A stretch of DNA of 64,000 nt from Macrostomum lignano (lineage: Eukaryota): the NCBI GenBank assembly GCA_002269645.1, contig NIVC01003786.1, forward strand, positions 12,820-76,819, given 5' to 3'. The notes below the pieces were generated by a model, which made no database searches, was not told the DNA's origin, and saw nothing but the letters and a program-made list of their open reading frames with translations. The position numbers and the translations under genes were made by a program. Each line of letters starts with the position of its first letter. Positions within the stretch are counted from its first letter, which is position 1. Below are positions 24,701 to 36,110 of the stretch, in pieces.

Positions 24701-27700
24701 TGGTAGGTGGTAGCTGGTAGCTGGTAGCTGGTAGTTGGTAGCTGGTAGCTGGTAGCTGGCAACCGGTAGCTGGTAGGTGGTAGCTGGTAGCTGGTAGCTG
24801 GTAGCTGGTAGGTGGTAGCTGGTAGCTGGTAGATGGTAGCTGGTAGCTGGTAGCTGGTAGATGTTAGCTGGTAGCTGGTAGGTGGTAGATGGTAGCTGGT
24901 AGCTGGTAGCTGGTAGCTGGTAGCTGGTAGCTGGTAGACGTTAGCTGGTAGCTGGTGGGTGGTAGATGGTAGCTTGTAGCTGGTAGCTGGTGGGTGGTAG
25001 ATGGTAGCTGGTAGCTGGTAGCTGGTAGCTGGTAGCTGGTAGCTGGTAGCTGGTAGCTGGTAGCTGGTAGCTGGTAGCTGGTAGCTGGTAGCTGGTAGAT
25101 GTTAGCTGGTAGCTGGTGGGTAGTAGATGGTAGCTGGTAGCTGGTGGGTGGTAGCTGGTAGCTGGTAGCTGGTAGCTGGTAGCTGGTAGACGTTAGCTGG
25201 TAGCTGGTGGTGGTAGATGGTAGCTGGTAGCTGGTAGCTGGTGGGTGGTAGATGGTAGCTGGTAGCTGGTAGCTGGTAGCTGGTAGCTGGTAGCTGGTAG
25301 ACGTTAGCTGGTAGCTGGTGGGTGGTAGATGGTAGCTGGTAGCTGGTAGCTGTAGCTGGTAGCTGGTAGCTGGTAGCTGGTAGCTGGTAGACGTTAGCTG
25401 GTAGCTGGTGGGTGGTAGATGGTAGCTGGTAGCTGGTAGCTGGTGGGTGGTAGCTGGTAGCTGGTAGATGGTAGCTGGTAGCTGGTAGCTGGTAGCTGGT
25501 AGCTGGTAGATGGTAGCTGGTAGATGTTAGCTGGTAGCTGGTAGGTGGTAGATGGTAACTGGTAGCTGGTAGGTGGTAGATGGTAGCTGGTAGCTGGTAG
25601 CTGGTAGGTGGTAGCTGGTAGCTGGTAGCTGGCAACCGGTAGCTGGTAGCTGGTAGCTGGTAGCTGGTAAGCTGATAGGTGTTAGCTGGCAACCGGTAGC
25701 TGGTAGGTGGTAGGTGGTAGCTGGTAAGCTGGTAGGTGTTAGCTGGCAACCGGTAGCTGGTAGCTGGTAGCTGGTAGCTGGTAGCTAGTATAGGTGGTAG
25801 CTGCAGCTGGTAGCTAGAACTGGTAGATGGTAGCTGGTATATGTTAGCTGGTAGCTGGTAGGTGGTAGCTGGTAGCTAGTAGGTGGTAGGTGGTAGCTGG
25901 TAGCTGGTAGCTGGTAGCTGGTAGATGGTAGCTGGTAGATGTTAGTTGGTAGCTGGTAGGTGGTAGATGGTAGCTGGTAGCTGGTAGCTGGTAGCTGGTA
26001 GCTGGTAGATGGTAGCTTGAAGCTGACACAACTTCCTGCCTTCATCATCAAGCTGAGATGCAAATCCGCTGCAGCAGTCATCCAGCGCCAGCCAATCAGA
26101 GTTGGAGCCGTTCTCAGCACCTGTCAGCCGATTCTGGCGCCAGCGGGACCAACAGCTGCGACAGCTGGAGGCTCAGCTGGCTGATCAGCGCAGAAGCACT
26201 CCGAGCTGGTGAGCCGACTCAGCAAAGAGAATCGACAGCTGCTGTCTCGGGTGCCGTCGTCAGGCTCGGGTGCCGCGGATGTTCCAGCGGTTCACCGGCG
26301 CAGCGAAATCCGGCGCCTCCGCGGCCGTGGGGCGCCGGCGCCTCGACTGCGGCCCGTTCGACGCGGAGCGGGCCGAACTGCAGGTGCGGCTGGCCGAGCA
26401 GGAGCGGCGGGTTGAACGCCAGCGAAAGGAGGCGGCCGAACTGGCCGGAAAGATGGCCGAAATGCGGCTGGAGCAGCTGGAGCGATGGGGCGGAGAGGCT
26501 GGGAGACTGTGGCGAAGGATCGAGGAAATGCGGCTCACATGCGACCAGGTGAAAGGAAGGATATTGCGGCGTGCTTTGATGTTTGGCTAATGGCGGCGTG
26601 CTTTGATGTTTGGTTAATGGCGGCGTGCTTTGATGTTTGTTTAATGGCGGCGTGCTTTGATGTTTGTTTAATGGCGGCCTGCTTTGATGTTTGTTTAATG
26701 GCGGCCTGCTTTGATGTTTGTTTAATGGCGGCCTGCTTTGATGCTTGTTAATGGCGGCGTGCTTTGATGTTTGGTTAATGGCGGCGTGCTTTGATGTTTG
26801 TTTAATGGCGGTGTGCTTTGATGTTTGTTTAATGGCGGCCTGCTTTGATGTTTGTTTAATGGCGGCCTGCTTTGATGTTTGTTTAATGGCGGCGTGCTTT
26901 GATGTTTGTTTAATGGCGGTCTGCTTTGATGTTTGTTTAATGGCGGCGTGCTTTGATGTTTGTTTAATGGCGGCGTGCTTTGATGCTTGTTAATGGCGGC
27001 TTGCTTTGATGCTGCATAAACACAGAGCTTTGTTCAATGGCGATATATTTCGATAATGTTCTCAGAGATCTTATCGCTGAATGCTCCGAACTTCACGCCA
27101 CAGGCGGGCAGATTGCAACGCGAATCGACGGAGTGGCGAGTCCGGGCGGAGAGCCTGCAGGAGACCCTGGCAAAGGAGAGTCAGCGCTGGGTTGGCGAGC
27201 GGGTGTCGCTGCAGTTCGCCAGTCAGCAGCTGCGCCTGGTGGTGGACCAGTGGCTGGACCGGTTCCAGGGCGCGGTTGAGGAGGTTCCTTGATGCTCAAT
27301 TATTTACCTTCATATCTTTAACCTATAAATCATCTTCCAAGTTTGATAGTCAAACGCTCTCCCCTTTCACAGATCAGTTCTATCAAGTTGGAATCTGAGG
27401 AGAACCGGCCCGCCAGACAAGACGAGGTAATGAAATTTTAGTCCAGTCCTTTTTTATTTTTGATACCGTGGGTAATTGATAAAATCAGTGGCATCGCCAT
27501 GGATTTTATGGTAAGTTGGGGGAGCAAAGTCAAGAATTCTACATATACATGTACATTATTTTAGAATAAGTGTTTTCAGTGCTAGTTTTGGCGCCTCAGG
27601 CACTTATTTTGGCACCTCGGGCAGTCATTTTAGCGCCGCAGGCACTCATTTTGGCACCTCGGGCAGTCATTTTAGCGCCGCAGGCACTCATTTTGGCGCC

Positions 27701-28751
27701 GCAGGCACTCATTTTGGCGCCGTAGGCACTCATTTTGGCGCCGCAGGCACTCATTTTGGCACCGCATGCAGTCATTTCGGCGCCGCAAGCACTCATTTTA
27801 GCGCCGCAGGCACTCATTTTAGCACCGCAGGCACTCATTTTGGCGCCGCAGGCAGTCATTTTGGCGCTGCAGGCACTCATTTTAGCGCCGCAGGCGATAT
27901 ATTTTGTCGCCCTGAAGCAAAGTTATTGATTTACATAACGAGTCACAAGATTGGGTGGGGAAAGCACTGGCATGTCCCCCCATTCTTATAGCTTTTACAG
28001 GTGGCGATCGACGCCCCTGAGTAAAATGAATTCTATTTAATTGACATTTCAGCTGAGGGCCACGCTGCAGGTCATTGTGGACGAGATTGGCAAGTACAAG
28101 GCGCGAGGCTCGAGCAGTCTGGACAGGAGCAGCGGTGCATCGAGAAAGAGCCACTCGGCCGGGTGAGTCAAAGGCGCGAATTTTGTTCAAGCGAAGTTCC
28201 TTAATTCCCTACTCCCCTGCGACTGACAAAACTCCTCCTGACTTCTCCTCAGCCGCCCGGTGGCCTCTCGTCGAACCGCGACAGCCGAGCTGCCGGCAGC
28301 CTCGGCGGCTCGCGGTCTCAGCGTCGCCACCAGCGTGCCAAAGTTTGTGCACTATCGGTACAACCTGCAGCAGCAGCAGAAGCAACAACAGCAGCAACAG
28401 CAGCAGAAGCAGCAGTTCCAGGAAAATCGCAGATCTGCGAGTCCCGACCTGCCAGAGACGAGAGAGGGGCCGACCCCACCGACGCCACAGCCAGCGGAAC
28501 CCGCAGCCGCTCCTGCACCGTCTGCGAAGCGACGCTTCTACCAGGGCTTCGACGAGCGGCTGTTCAGCGGCGACGGCGGCTCCAAGTCGTCGGAACAGAA
28601 GAAGCCTTTGGAGCAGACGAAGCCAAAGCCACAGGTGCAGCTGAAACCTGTCGCAGCGCCGTCCGGCGGCAGCCGGTTCGGTGTGACCCTGAGGGCCATC
28701 AAAACGGACCGGCCGCCAACTGTCGTGTCCAGGACTGCTGGCAGCAGCTGA
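12770..28751 (+). CDS. SOGA: SOGA/MTCL-family (microtubule cross-linking factor-like) long coiled-coil protein, about 17 exons
   Basis: SOGA-like motifs: ENDQLKEEVEELQRELEEMHDSF...ELQRELDAANKSYRVVQFKLRKAERR, ELEDELRTAKEVSVRLHDELE and LVEQLRFSKEEVKIMRRKL. Phase-consistent exons: 12770-13088, 13348-13600, 13697-14135, 15689-15877, 16246-16702, 16982-17362, 17701-17923, 18232-18340, 18947-19090, 19509-19878, 21651-22249, 22700-22969, about 26075-26548 (frame problem, see findings), 27104-27283, 27373-27426, 28053-28162, 28253-28751 (TGA). Family-level call only; orthology not tested. Confidence 0.8.
14254..14646. mobile_element. hAT-type MITE (393 bp)
   Basis: Perfect 16-bp TIRs CATAGGCGTAGGAACG / CGTTCCTACGCCTATG and perfect 8-bp TSD CAGTTTTC (14246-14253 and 14647-14654). 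Lies in intron 3 of the SOGA-like gene. Confidence 0.9.
15280..15500 (+). mobile_element. 3' tail of a non-LTR retroelement (LINE/SINE-like): stem-loop plus (ATT)n tail
   Basis: GC-rich foldable segment (about 15297-15386) followed by a degenerate (ATT)n tract (about 15410-15500). No RT ORF upstream. Confidence 0.5.
18461..18790. repeat. Local duplication of a 100-140-bp element (CCCAAGAATTTAAGTGGCGATTGAGTCACGTGACCAGACC...GCGCCTGGTGCCCAATCCTAG)
   Basis: Two near-identical copies (about 18461 and 18602) and a degenerate third (about 18717). Confidence 0.8.
19215..19505. repeat. C/A-rich minisatellite (CCCCAAAACACTCCAA-type); G4T4-like on the minus strand
   Basis: Direct reading; ends at the acceptor of exon 10 (19508). 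Confidence 0.9.
19975..20180. repeat. CCCTCTCTA-based low-complexity tandem repeat
   Basis: Direct reading. Confidence 0.85.
20715..21620. repeat. C-rich minisatellite (CCCCACCTCTCT variants)
   Basis: Direct reading; intronic, between SOGA-like exons 10 and 11. Confidence 0.92.
22322..22498. repeat. 21-bp perfect minisatellite (GGGATCTGGGAAACACAAGGG), about 8 copies
   Basis: Direct reading. Confidence 0.95.
23078..26018. repeat. About 2.9-kb 7-bp satellite (GGTAGCT)n with variant units
   Basis: Direct reading; source of the spurious PATSYQL ORFs. Confidence 0.97.
26567..27012. repeat. 27-bp minisatellite (GCGGCGTGCTTTGATGTTTGTTTAATG), about 16 copies
   Basis: Direct reading; the MAACFDVCL 9-aa period in the ORF track. 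Confidence 0.95.
27488..27915 (-). repeat. Dispersed element with expanded 21-bp array (copy 2, about 14 units)
   Basis: Reverse-complement homolog of 11115-11330 with more repeat units. Confidence 0.8.
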
Positions 28752-28809
28752 AGCGCCTGACCCGCCTCCGAAACTGACTGCTTCATGACTCGCCCAGCCC
28801 ACCCCTCAC

Positions 28810-29212
28810 AATTAAACAATAAAAAGTGTTTTAGAGGCCAATCACCCACCCCTCACCAATTAAAAGTGTTTTAGAGGCCAATCACCCACCCCTCACCAAT
28901 TAAAAGTGTTTTAGAGGCCAATCACCCACCCCTCACCAATTAAAAGTGTTTTAGAGGCCAATCACCCACCCCTCACCAATTAAAAGTGTTTTAGAGGCCA
29001 ATCACCCACCTCTCACCAATTAAAAGTGTTTTAGTGGCCAATCACCCACCTCTCACCAATTAAAAGTGTTTTAGAGGCCAATTACCCCACCTCTCACCAA
29101 TTAAAATGTTTTAGAGGCCAATCACCCACCTCTCACCAATAAAAAGTGTTTTAGAGGCCAATCACCCACCTCTCCCAATAAAAAAGTGTTTTAGAGGCCA
29201 ATCACCCCACTT
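28810..29212 (+). repeat. 40-bp minisatellite in the 3' region of the SOGA-like gene, each unit with ATTAAA or AATAAA
   Basis: About 10 copies of AATTAAAAGTGTTTTAGAGGCCAATCACCCACCCCTCACC, starting about 60 nt after the stop codon. Confidence 0.92.
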
Positions 29213-29901
29213 ATCTCCGCTGCAGGGGTTTTAAACTTCCCCAGCCTTAAATTAAACGGGGTCAACTCGTCACTTTTAATTTAATGAGCAATAACACAAG
29301 CACGCTATCAGTATATTTAATCAGCCAAAACGAACCGTTTATTTAAACTCTCTTTGCTTATTCAAATCAGTTGGTTTGTAGAGCTTCGCAAAGTGTTGAT
29401 GGCGTTATCGTTTTAATTCTTTACTGAAATTTCCTTAGTTTTTGCAGTTTTGTTGAGCATCCCGTCATTTCTGACAGAGCTTCTCCGCCATTTGTTTAAA
29501 TCATGTAATTGGTTCAATTTTAATTTAAGCTTCTAATCTTACGATTTCCCGAAACTTGCAAATAAAAAAAATATGTTAACGCAAAAGCAAATTTAATCGC
29601 ATAAATAATAATTGACTGCATTCATTCAGACACTTCAGTGCAGTTTGTGTTAGAATGAACCGATTTCATGGATAATTAAGTAACCTGAGGTAATTCCTGG
29701 AAGTAATACAATTTTATACTGGATTTTTCTAGCGCAGATTAACAAAGTAACAATACCGATGCAGTAAAACAAAATTTTAAAAAATTATCGACGATATATA
29801 AATTGCATTAGACGGGCATTTAAAACCAAATATTTGTGCATGGAAATTTCAAACTGCTAAACTATGCAAAAAATAAACAAATTTGACGAATATTCAAAAA
29901 A

Positions 29902-31988
29902 TCAAGTCACCAGCGAATAACCCGGAGTTGTCTGCCAGTCACGTGACGGCTTCTCGGCCCTCCGGTTGAACAGCTTGGTGGACGCTCGAATGACTTTCTG
30001 GCTGCAGCTGGAATTGCGGTTGAGATGACTGGGTGTCTGCACTTTCTGTATGTGCGCCTTGTAATCCCATGCTTTAACACTAGGGGTCATGACCTTAACT
30101 GTCCTGCTCCGGGTTGGCACTAATAGAGGTCATGACCTTAACTGTCCTGCTCCGGGTTGGCACTAATAGAGGTCATGACCTTAACTGCCCTGCTCCGAGT
30201 TTTTACTAATAGAGGTCATGACCTTAACTGTCCTGCTCTGGATTGACACTAATAGAGGTCATGACCTTAACTGTTCTGCTCCGAGCTTGCACTAATAGAG
30301 GCCATGACCTTAACTGTCCTGCTCCGAGCTTGCATTAATAGAGGCCATGACCTTAACTGTTCTGCTCCGATCTTGCACTAATAGAGGTCATGACCTTAAC
30401 TGCCCTGCTCTGGTGTTTGCACTAATAGAGGTCATGACCTTAACTGTCCTGCTCTGGATTGACACTAATAGAGGTCATGACCTTAAGTGCCCTTCTCTGG
30501 GGTCTGCACCAATAGAGTTCATGACCTTAACTGTCCTGCTCCGAGCTTGCACTAATAGAGGTCATGACCTTAACTCTGTCCTGCTCCAGGTTGGCACTAA
30601 TAGAGGTCATGACCTGAAAAAACGGCACCCTTAACACTCCGCCCTGCTCACACTCGACCACTGTCGGGATCTTCAACGATGAGTAGCGCGCCGCAGGTGG
30701 CCAAACCGGCGTCGTTCTCGGCGGCCAGGCAGATGCGCCCGGACTCGGCGGGGGTGGCTCGGGCCAGCCGGAGGCGGTGCAGACGGCCTCTGCTGCTGAC
30801 GGAGAACCGCCGGTCAGAGGAATCGATGGGCTGCCCGTTGAAGCTCCACGTGACCTGCAGACGGATTGGAGGGCAGCGGGTTGGAGACAATTATAAGGCA
30901 GCGAGTGACAGACATCAATGAGGGAGTGACAGACATCAATGAGAGTGAGAGACATCAATGAGGGAGTGACAGACATCAATGAGGGAGTGACAGACATCAA
31001 TGAGAGAGAGAGAGAGACATCAATGAGGGAGTGACAGAAATCAATGAGGGAGTGACAGACATCAATGAGGGAGTGACAGAAGCCACACAAAAGTGAGGGG
31101 AGGCAGCTGCTTGTGATCATAAAATGCCGAGAAATATGCAAAGTGCTAGGTGTTGGTCAGAGTGACTGCCGTAGTGAAAGACGATACAGAGTGACAGACA
31201 GGAGTAACAGACGATAGACTGACAACCCGAGTGAAAGCTGTAGTGACAGACGACACAGAGTGACAACCAAGTGACAGAGTGACAGGTCAAGTCACCTTCG
31301 GCGCTGGCGAGGCGGCCACCTCGCACTCCAGAGTGACAGGCTCGCCAGACCGGCAGTACCTGTCCCTGAACAGACTCAGCAGCTCGGGCGGCACCAGGCA
31401 GTCGGCTGTGCAGCAGCCGCGAGCCGCCGGAGTGTCCAGCGATGCAGCCGAGGCGGCGAGCATCTCGACTCCGCTGTCCGCCGGCTCGTCGATCACGCTG
31501 ATGACGCAGTGGCACTCGGCTTGGCCGAGCGAGTTGGCCGCAGCGATGCAGTACACGCCTGCGTGCTCGTGGCCCACGTACGGGATCACCAGCCGGTGCT
31601 CGAACCCCTGCGACCACAGCTACGGCGGAGGAGCGGGTTCGTGGTGGCTGGTGGTTCAGATGAGTTGCAGTTTAGCTGTGCTCAGCGCTTCATCCGGGAG
31701 AGAAGATAGGAAGGGCGAGTGAGTGTAGAAGAGACAGAGAGTGACAGCTGGAGTGACAGCTGGAGTGACCGGTGGAGTGACCGGTGGAGTGAATCACAGC
31801 TAGAATGACAGGCAACACTTGAGGGGGAAGACGTCCCTGCACAAACTGGTTTGATGGTGAACGAAATTTGGTTTTCCGCAATGGAAGGAGATGGCAGATC
31901 TAATAGGATAAGAGGAAGAGGAAGAGAAGGGAGACGGAAAGGGAGAGTGAGAAAAAGGAGAGGGAGAGGAGAGTGAGAGAGAGAGAGT

Positions 31989-32022
<34 letters not shown>

Positions 32023-35000
32023 AAGAGGAGGGGGAGAGTGAGAGAAGGGAGAGGCAGAGTGAGAGGGAGAGAGAGAGTCAGAGGGAGAGGGAGAGGGAGA
32101 GAGAGAGTGAGAGAGAGAGAGGGAGAGAAGGAGAGTGAGAGAAGGAGAGTGAGAGAAGGAGAGGAAGAGAAGGAGAGGAAAAGTGAGAGAAGGGAGAGGG
32201 AGAGAAGGAGAGTGAGAGAGGGAGAGTGAGAGAGGGAGAGTGAGAGAGGGAGGGGGAGAGGGAAGAGGGAGAGGGAGAGTGAGAGAGGGAGAGTGAGAGA
32301 GGGAGAGTGAGAGAGGTAGAGTGAGAGAGGGAGAGTGAGAGAGGGAGGGGGAGAGGGAAGAGGGAGAGGGAGAGTGAGAGAGGGAGAGTGAGAGAGGGAG
32401 AGTGAGAGAGTGAGAGGGAGAGTGAGAGAGGGAGAGGGAGAGAAGGGAAGAGAAGAGGGGAAGGAGAGAGTAGGGGAGAGGGGAAGGAGAGAGTAGGGGA
32501 GAGGGGAAGGAGAGAGTAGGGGAGAGGGGAAGGAGAGAGTAGGGGAGAGGGGAAGGAGAGAGTAGGGGAGAGAGGAGAGAGAGGAAGGAATCATGGCCTG
32601 CAAAGCAGTTACGAGTACAGCAAGCGGTTCAACAACGCATGAAAGCGCCGTGCAGGCGCCCCACCTCAATGCCGTGGCTGTTCTGCAGCAGCAGCACGCC
32701 GTCCTTGTGCCAGGCGACCTCTGGCTTGGGGTGCCCGTGTACAATGCAGGCGATGGTGACTTTGTCGTCCACCTGGGCCTCCAGGTCTTCGCTGATGTCG
32801 CCGGAGAAGCATGGCGGGAACGGGATGGGCGAGACGGGGCCGGCGCGGGGCGCTGCGGGCCGGGTGGAGCTTCAAATATAATCTCTATGAGATTTGAGTG
32901 CTCAAAGATAGTCTGTATGAGATTTGAGTTCTCAAAGATAATCTGTATGAGATTTGAGGTCTCAAAGATAATCTCTATGAGATTTGAGTTCTCAAAGATT
33001 ATCTCTATGAGATTTGAGTTCTCAAAGATATCTCTATGAGATTTGAGTTCTAAAAGATAATCTGTATGAGATTTGAGGTCTCAAAGATTATCTGTATGAG
33101 ATTTGAGTGCTTAAAGATAATCTGTATGAGATTTGAGTTCTCAAAGATTATCTCTATGAGATTCGAGTTCTCACAAATAATCTATGAGATTCACGTTTTA
33201 AAGATTGTCTCCATGAGATTGGAATTCTCAAAGATAATCTCACTCAAAGATAATAGCAAAGATTATTACTATGAGATTCGAGTTCTCAAAGACAATTTTC
33301 GAGATTTGAGGTATCAAAGATAATCTCTATGAGATTTTATTTCTCTAAGATAAATCACATTGAGCATTCAGTTCACAGAGATAATCTCATTAGGATTCTA
33401 TACCACGGTGTAGTTCTTAAAGATAATCAAATTCAGATTTAAGTTCTCAAAGACAATCTCAGTGAGATTCAACATGTACTTCTCAACTATAATCTCATTA
33501 ACATTCGAGCATTCTCAAACGCAAACCTCCCCGAGCTCACAGGCTGGCTGGAACATGTGCGACTTCAGGTCGACCTCCAGGCGGGCGGCCATGTCGGAGC
33601 TGCCGCGGCGAGATCGCGAGAGCGAGTCCACGCTGGACCGGCGAAGCTGCGAAGCAGCCGCCGCGGGGGTCTGCTGGCCGGGAACTGCGGGTGGGGGGGC
33701 AATTGGGGCCTCTCAGAGCCTTGTGGAATTCTTAGTTTGAGATTACTGGCTTGAGATAAGAGAGGGAGACAGGGGGATAAGACAGGGAGACAGGGAGATA
33801 AGAGAGGGAGAGACAGGGAGATAAGAGAGGGAGAGACAGGGAGATAAGAGAGGGAGAGACAGGGAGATAAGAGAGGGAGAGACATGGAGATAAGAGAGGG
33901 AGACAGGGAGATAAGAGAGGGAGAGACGGGGAGATAAGAGAGGGAGAGACGGGGAGATAAGAGAGGGAGAGACAGGGAGATAAGAGAGGGAGAGACAGGG
34001 AGATCAGAGAGGGAGAGACAGGGAGATCAGAGAGGGAGAGACAGGGAGATAAGAGAGAGAGACAGGGAGATCAGAGAGGGAGAGACGGGGAGATAAGAGA
34101 GGGAGAGACGGGGAGATAAGAGAGGGAGAGACAGGGAGATCAGAAAGGGAGAGACGGGGAGATAAGAGAGGGAGAGACGGGGAGATAAGAGAGGGAGAGA
34201 CAGGGAGATAAGAGAGGGAGACAGGGAGATCAGAGAGGGAGAGACAGGGAGATCAGAGAGGGAGAGACGGGGAGATAAGAGAGGGAGACAGGGAGATAAG
34301 AGGGAGAGACGGGGAGATAAGAGAGGGAGACAGGGAGATCAGAGAGGGAGAGACGGGGAGATAAGAGAGGGAGAGACGGGGAGATAAGAGAGGGAGACAG
34401 GGAGATCAGAGAGGGAGAGACAGGGAGATCAGAGAGGGAGAGACGGGGAGATAAGAGAGGGAGAGACATGGAGATAAGAGAGGGAGACAGGGAGATCAGA
34501 GAGGGAGAGACGGGGAGATAAGAGAGGGAGACAGGGAGATCAGAGAGGGAGAGACAGGGAGATCAGAGAGGGAGAGACAGGGAGATCAGAGAGGGAGACA
34601 GGGAGATCAGAGAGGGAGAGGCAAGGAGATAAGAAAGGGAGAGACGGGGGATAAGAGAGGGAGAGACAGGGAGATCAGAGAGGGAGAGACGGGGAGATAA
34701 GAGAGGGAGACAGGGAGATCAGAGAGGGAGAGGCAGGGAGATAAGAAAGGGAGAGACGGGCGATAAGAGAGGGAGAGACGGGGAGATCAGAGAGGGAGAC
34801 AGGGAGAGAGGGGGAGATAAGAGAGGGAGAGAGGGGGAGATAAGAGAGAGGGAGACACGGAGATAGAGAAGTACATTACATGTACATGGAGATAACCGGT
34901 GAGAAATCATATTTCGAGAACTGCTCACCAAAAAGTTTGCTAACATCCAGCGACTCCTGCATGTCATTCACCAGGCCGAATCGAGAATTTAGGCACCAGA

Positions 35001-35060
35001 AGATGGAATTGGAAGTCACTCTGAAGACGCTTTCTCGGTATAGCGCTGACGGCCTGCTTT
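29902..35060 (-). CDS. Small protein with two I-set immunoglobulin domains (titin/palladin-type intracellular Ig); 5' end uncertain
   Basis: Exons 32869-32665 (PPCFSGDISEDLEAQVDDKVTIACIVHGHPKPEVAWHKDG), 31619-31296 (HAGVYCIAAANSLGQAEC; VTLECEVAASPAPK), 30854-30652 (VTWSFNG...HRLRL...ESGRICLAAENDAG) and 30079-29902 (stop) join in phase. Probable upstream exons at 33719-33541 and about 35060-34929 need single-base indels to join. Confidence 0.72.
30084..30615. repeat. 43-44-bp minisatellite filling the last intron of the Ig gene, about 12 copies
   Basis: Unit AGGTCATGACCTTAACTGTCCTGCTCCGGGTTGGCACTAATAG. Confidence 0.95.
30905..31085. repeat. 21-bp minisatellite (GAGGGAGTGACAGACATCAAT)
   Basis: About 8 copies. 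Confidence 0.9.
31900..32592. repeat. Polypurine (GA-rich) low-complexity tract
   Basis: Direct reading. Confidence 0.9.
32878..33340. repeat. 30-bp minisatellite (TATGAGATTTGAGTTCTCAAAGATAATCTC)
   Basis: About 12 decaying copies abutting the acceptor at 32870. Confidence 0.9.
33755..34858. repeat. About 21-23-bp purine-rich minisatellite (GAGAGGGAGAGACAGGGAGAT(AA/CA))
   Basis: Direct reading, about 1.1 kb. Confidence 0.93.
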
Positions 35061-35689
35061 CATTCTTTTAACTGGCAGGTTTAGCTAGGTAAACAATTTG
35101 TAAAACTATGCAGATTCTCTCTCCCTGTGTTGGGCAGAGAGAGAGAGAGAGAGGCACATTGAGAGCATTCGGGTGAAATTCCAGTTTGCTTTCGAGTTTC
35201 GAGTCCACGGCAGAGCAATGAAGAGGCCAGAGTAGAGGTGGAGTGACCTACTCAAAGCTGCAGAATTGTGCGCATGCATTTTAGTAGGCATCTGCTTGTA
35301 AGAAACATCATCTCATCAGCAAGAGCGAGAGGCGCAGTGAACGGCCCCAGCTGCCCCCTCCACTGTCCTGTTTGCCAACGCGGCCATTGCAGTTCGAAGG
35401 CAAACTGCAGACAAACAAAAGCAAATTTTGCTCTAATTACAAGAGCGACCATCTATCCAATTCAAGTGGACTGGTTGGCAGTAGAGTGCCGTGAGGGCAA
35501 TAAGTAGGCGTTCGCTACCTCATAACACCTTAATGACAATGCAAAACTCAAAATATTCTATATGCGTTATAGAACTAACTCCATTTGAGCTTCGGGGAAT
35601 GAATTGCTGTTTGCCCTGCTAAGTGCCTGAGCCAATGTCACTAATCTGACATGTACATGTATGACAAACACTAATAAAATACCTAACCC

Positions 35690-36110
35690 ACTTCGACCCA
35701 ATACCTGACCAAAACTACATGTATATACATGTAATTACCCAATACCTGAAAACTTTAAATGTACGACCCATGCAATACCTGACCAACTCTTTATGTATGA
35801 CCAAATACCTGACCAAGACTATAAATGTACATGTATGACCAAATACCTGACCAACAATAAATGTATGACCCAATACCTGACCAACTCTATACATGTATGA
35901 CCAAATAACTGACCAACACTATACATTACATGTATGACCAAATACCTGACCAAAACTATAAATGTATGACAAAATACCTGACCAAAACTATAAATGTATG
36001 ACCAAATACCTGACCAAAACTATAAGTGTATGACCCAATACTTGACTAACATTATGACCCACTATGACCTATTATCTGACCAACATTATGCCTCAATACC
36101 TGACCCACAC
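35690..36110. repeat. About 33-bp degenerate minisatellite (TGTATGACCAAATACCTGACCAAAACTATAAA)
   Basis: Direct reading. Confidence 0.85.

Noticed and set aside
23198-26120. Long PATSYQL-repeat ORFs
   Set aside because: Translation artefacts of the 7-bp satellite, antisense within an intron.
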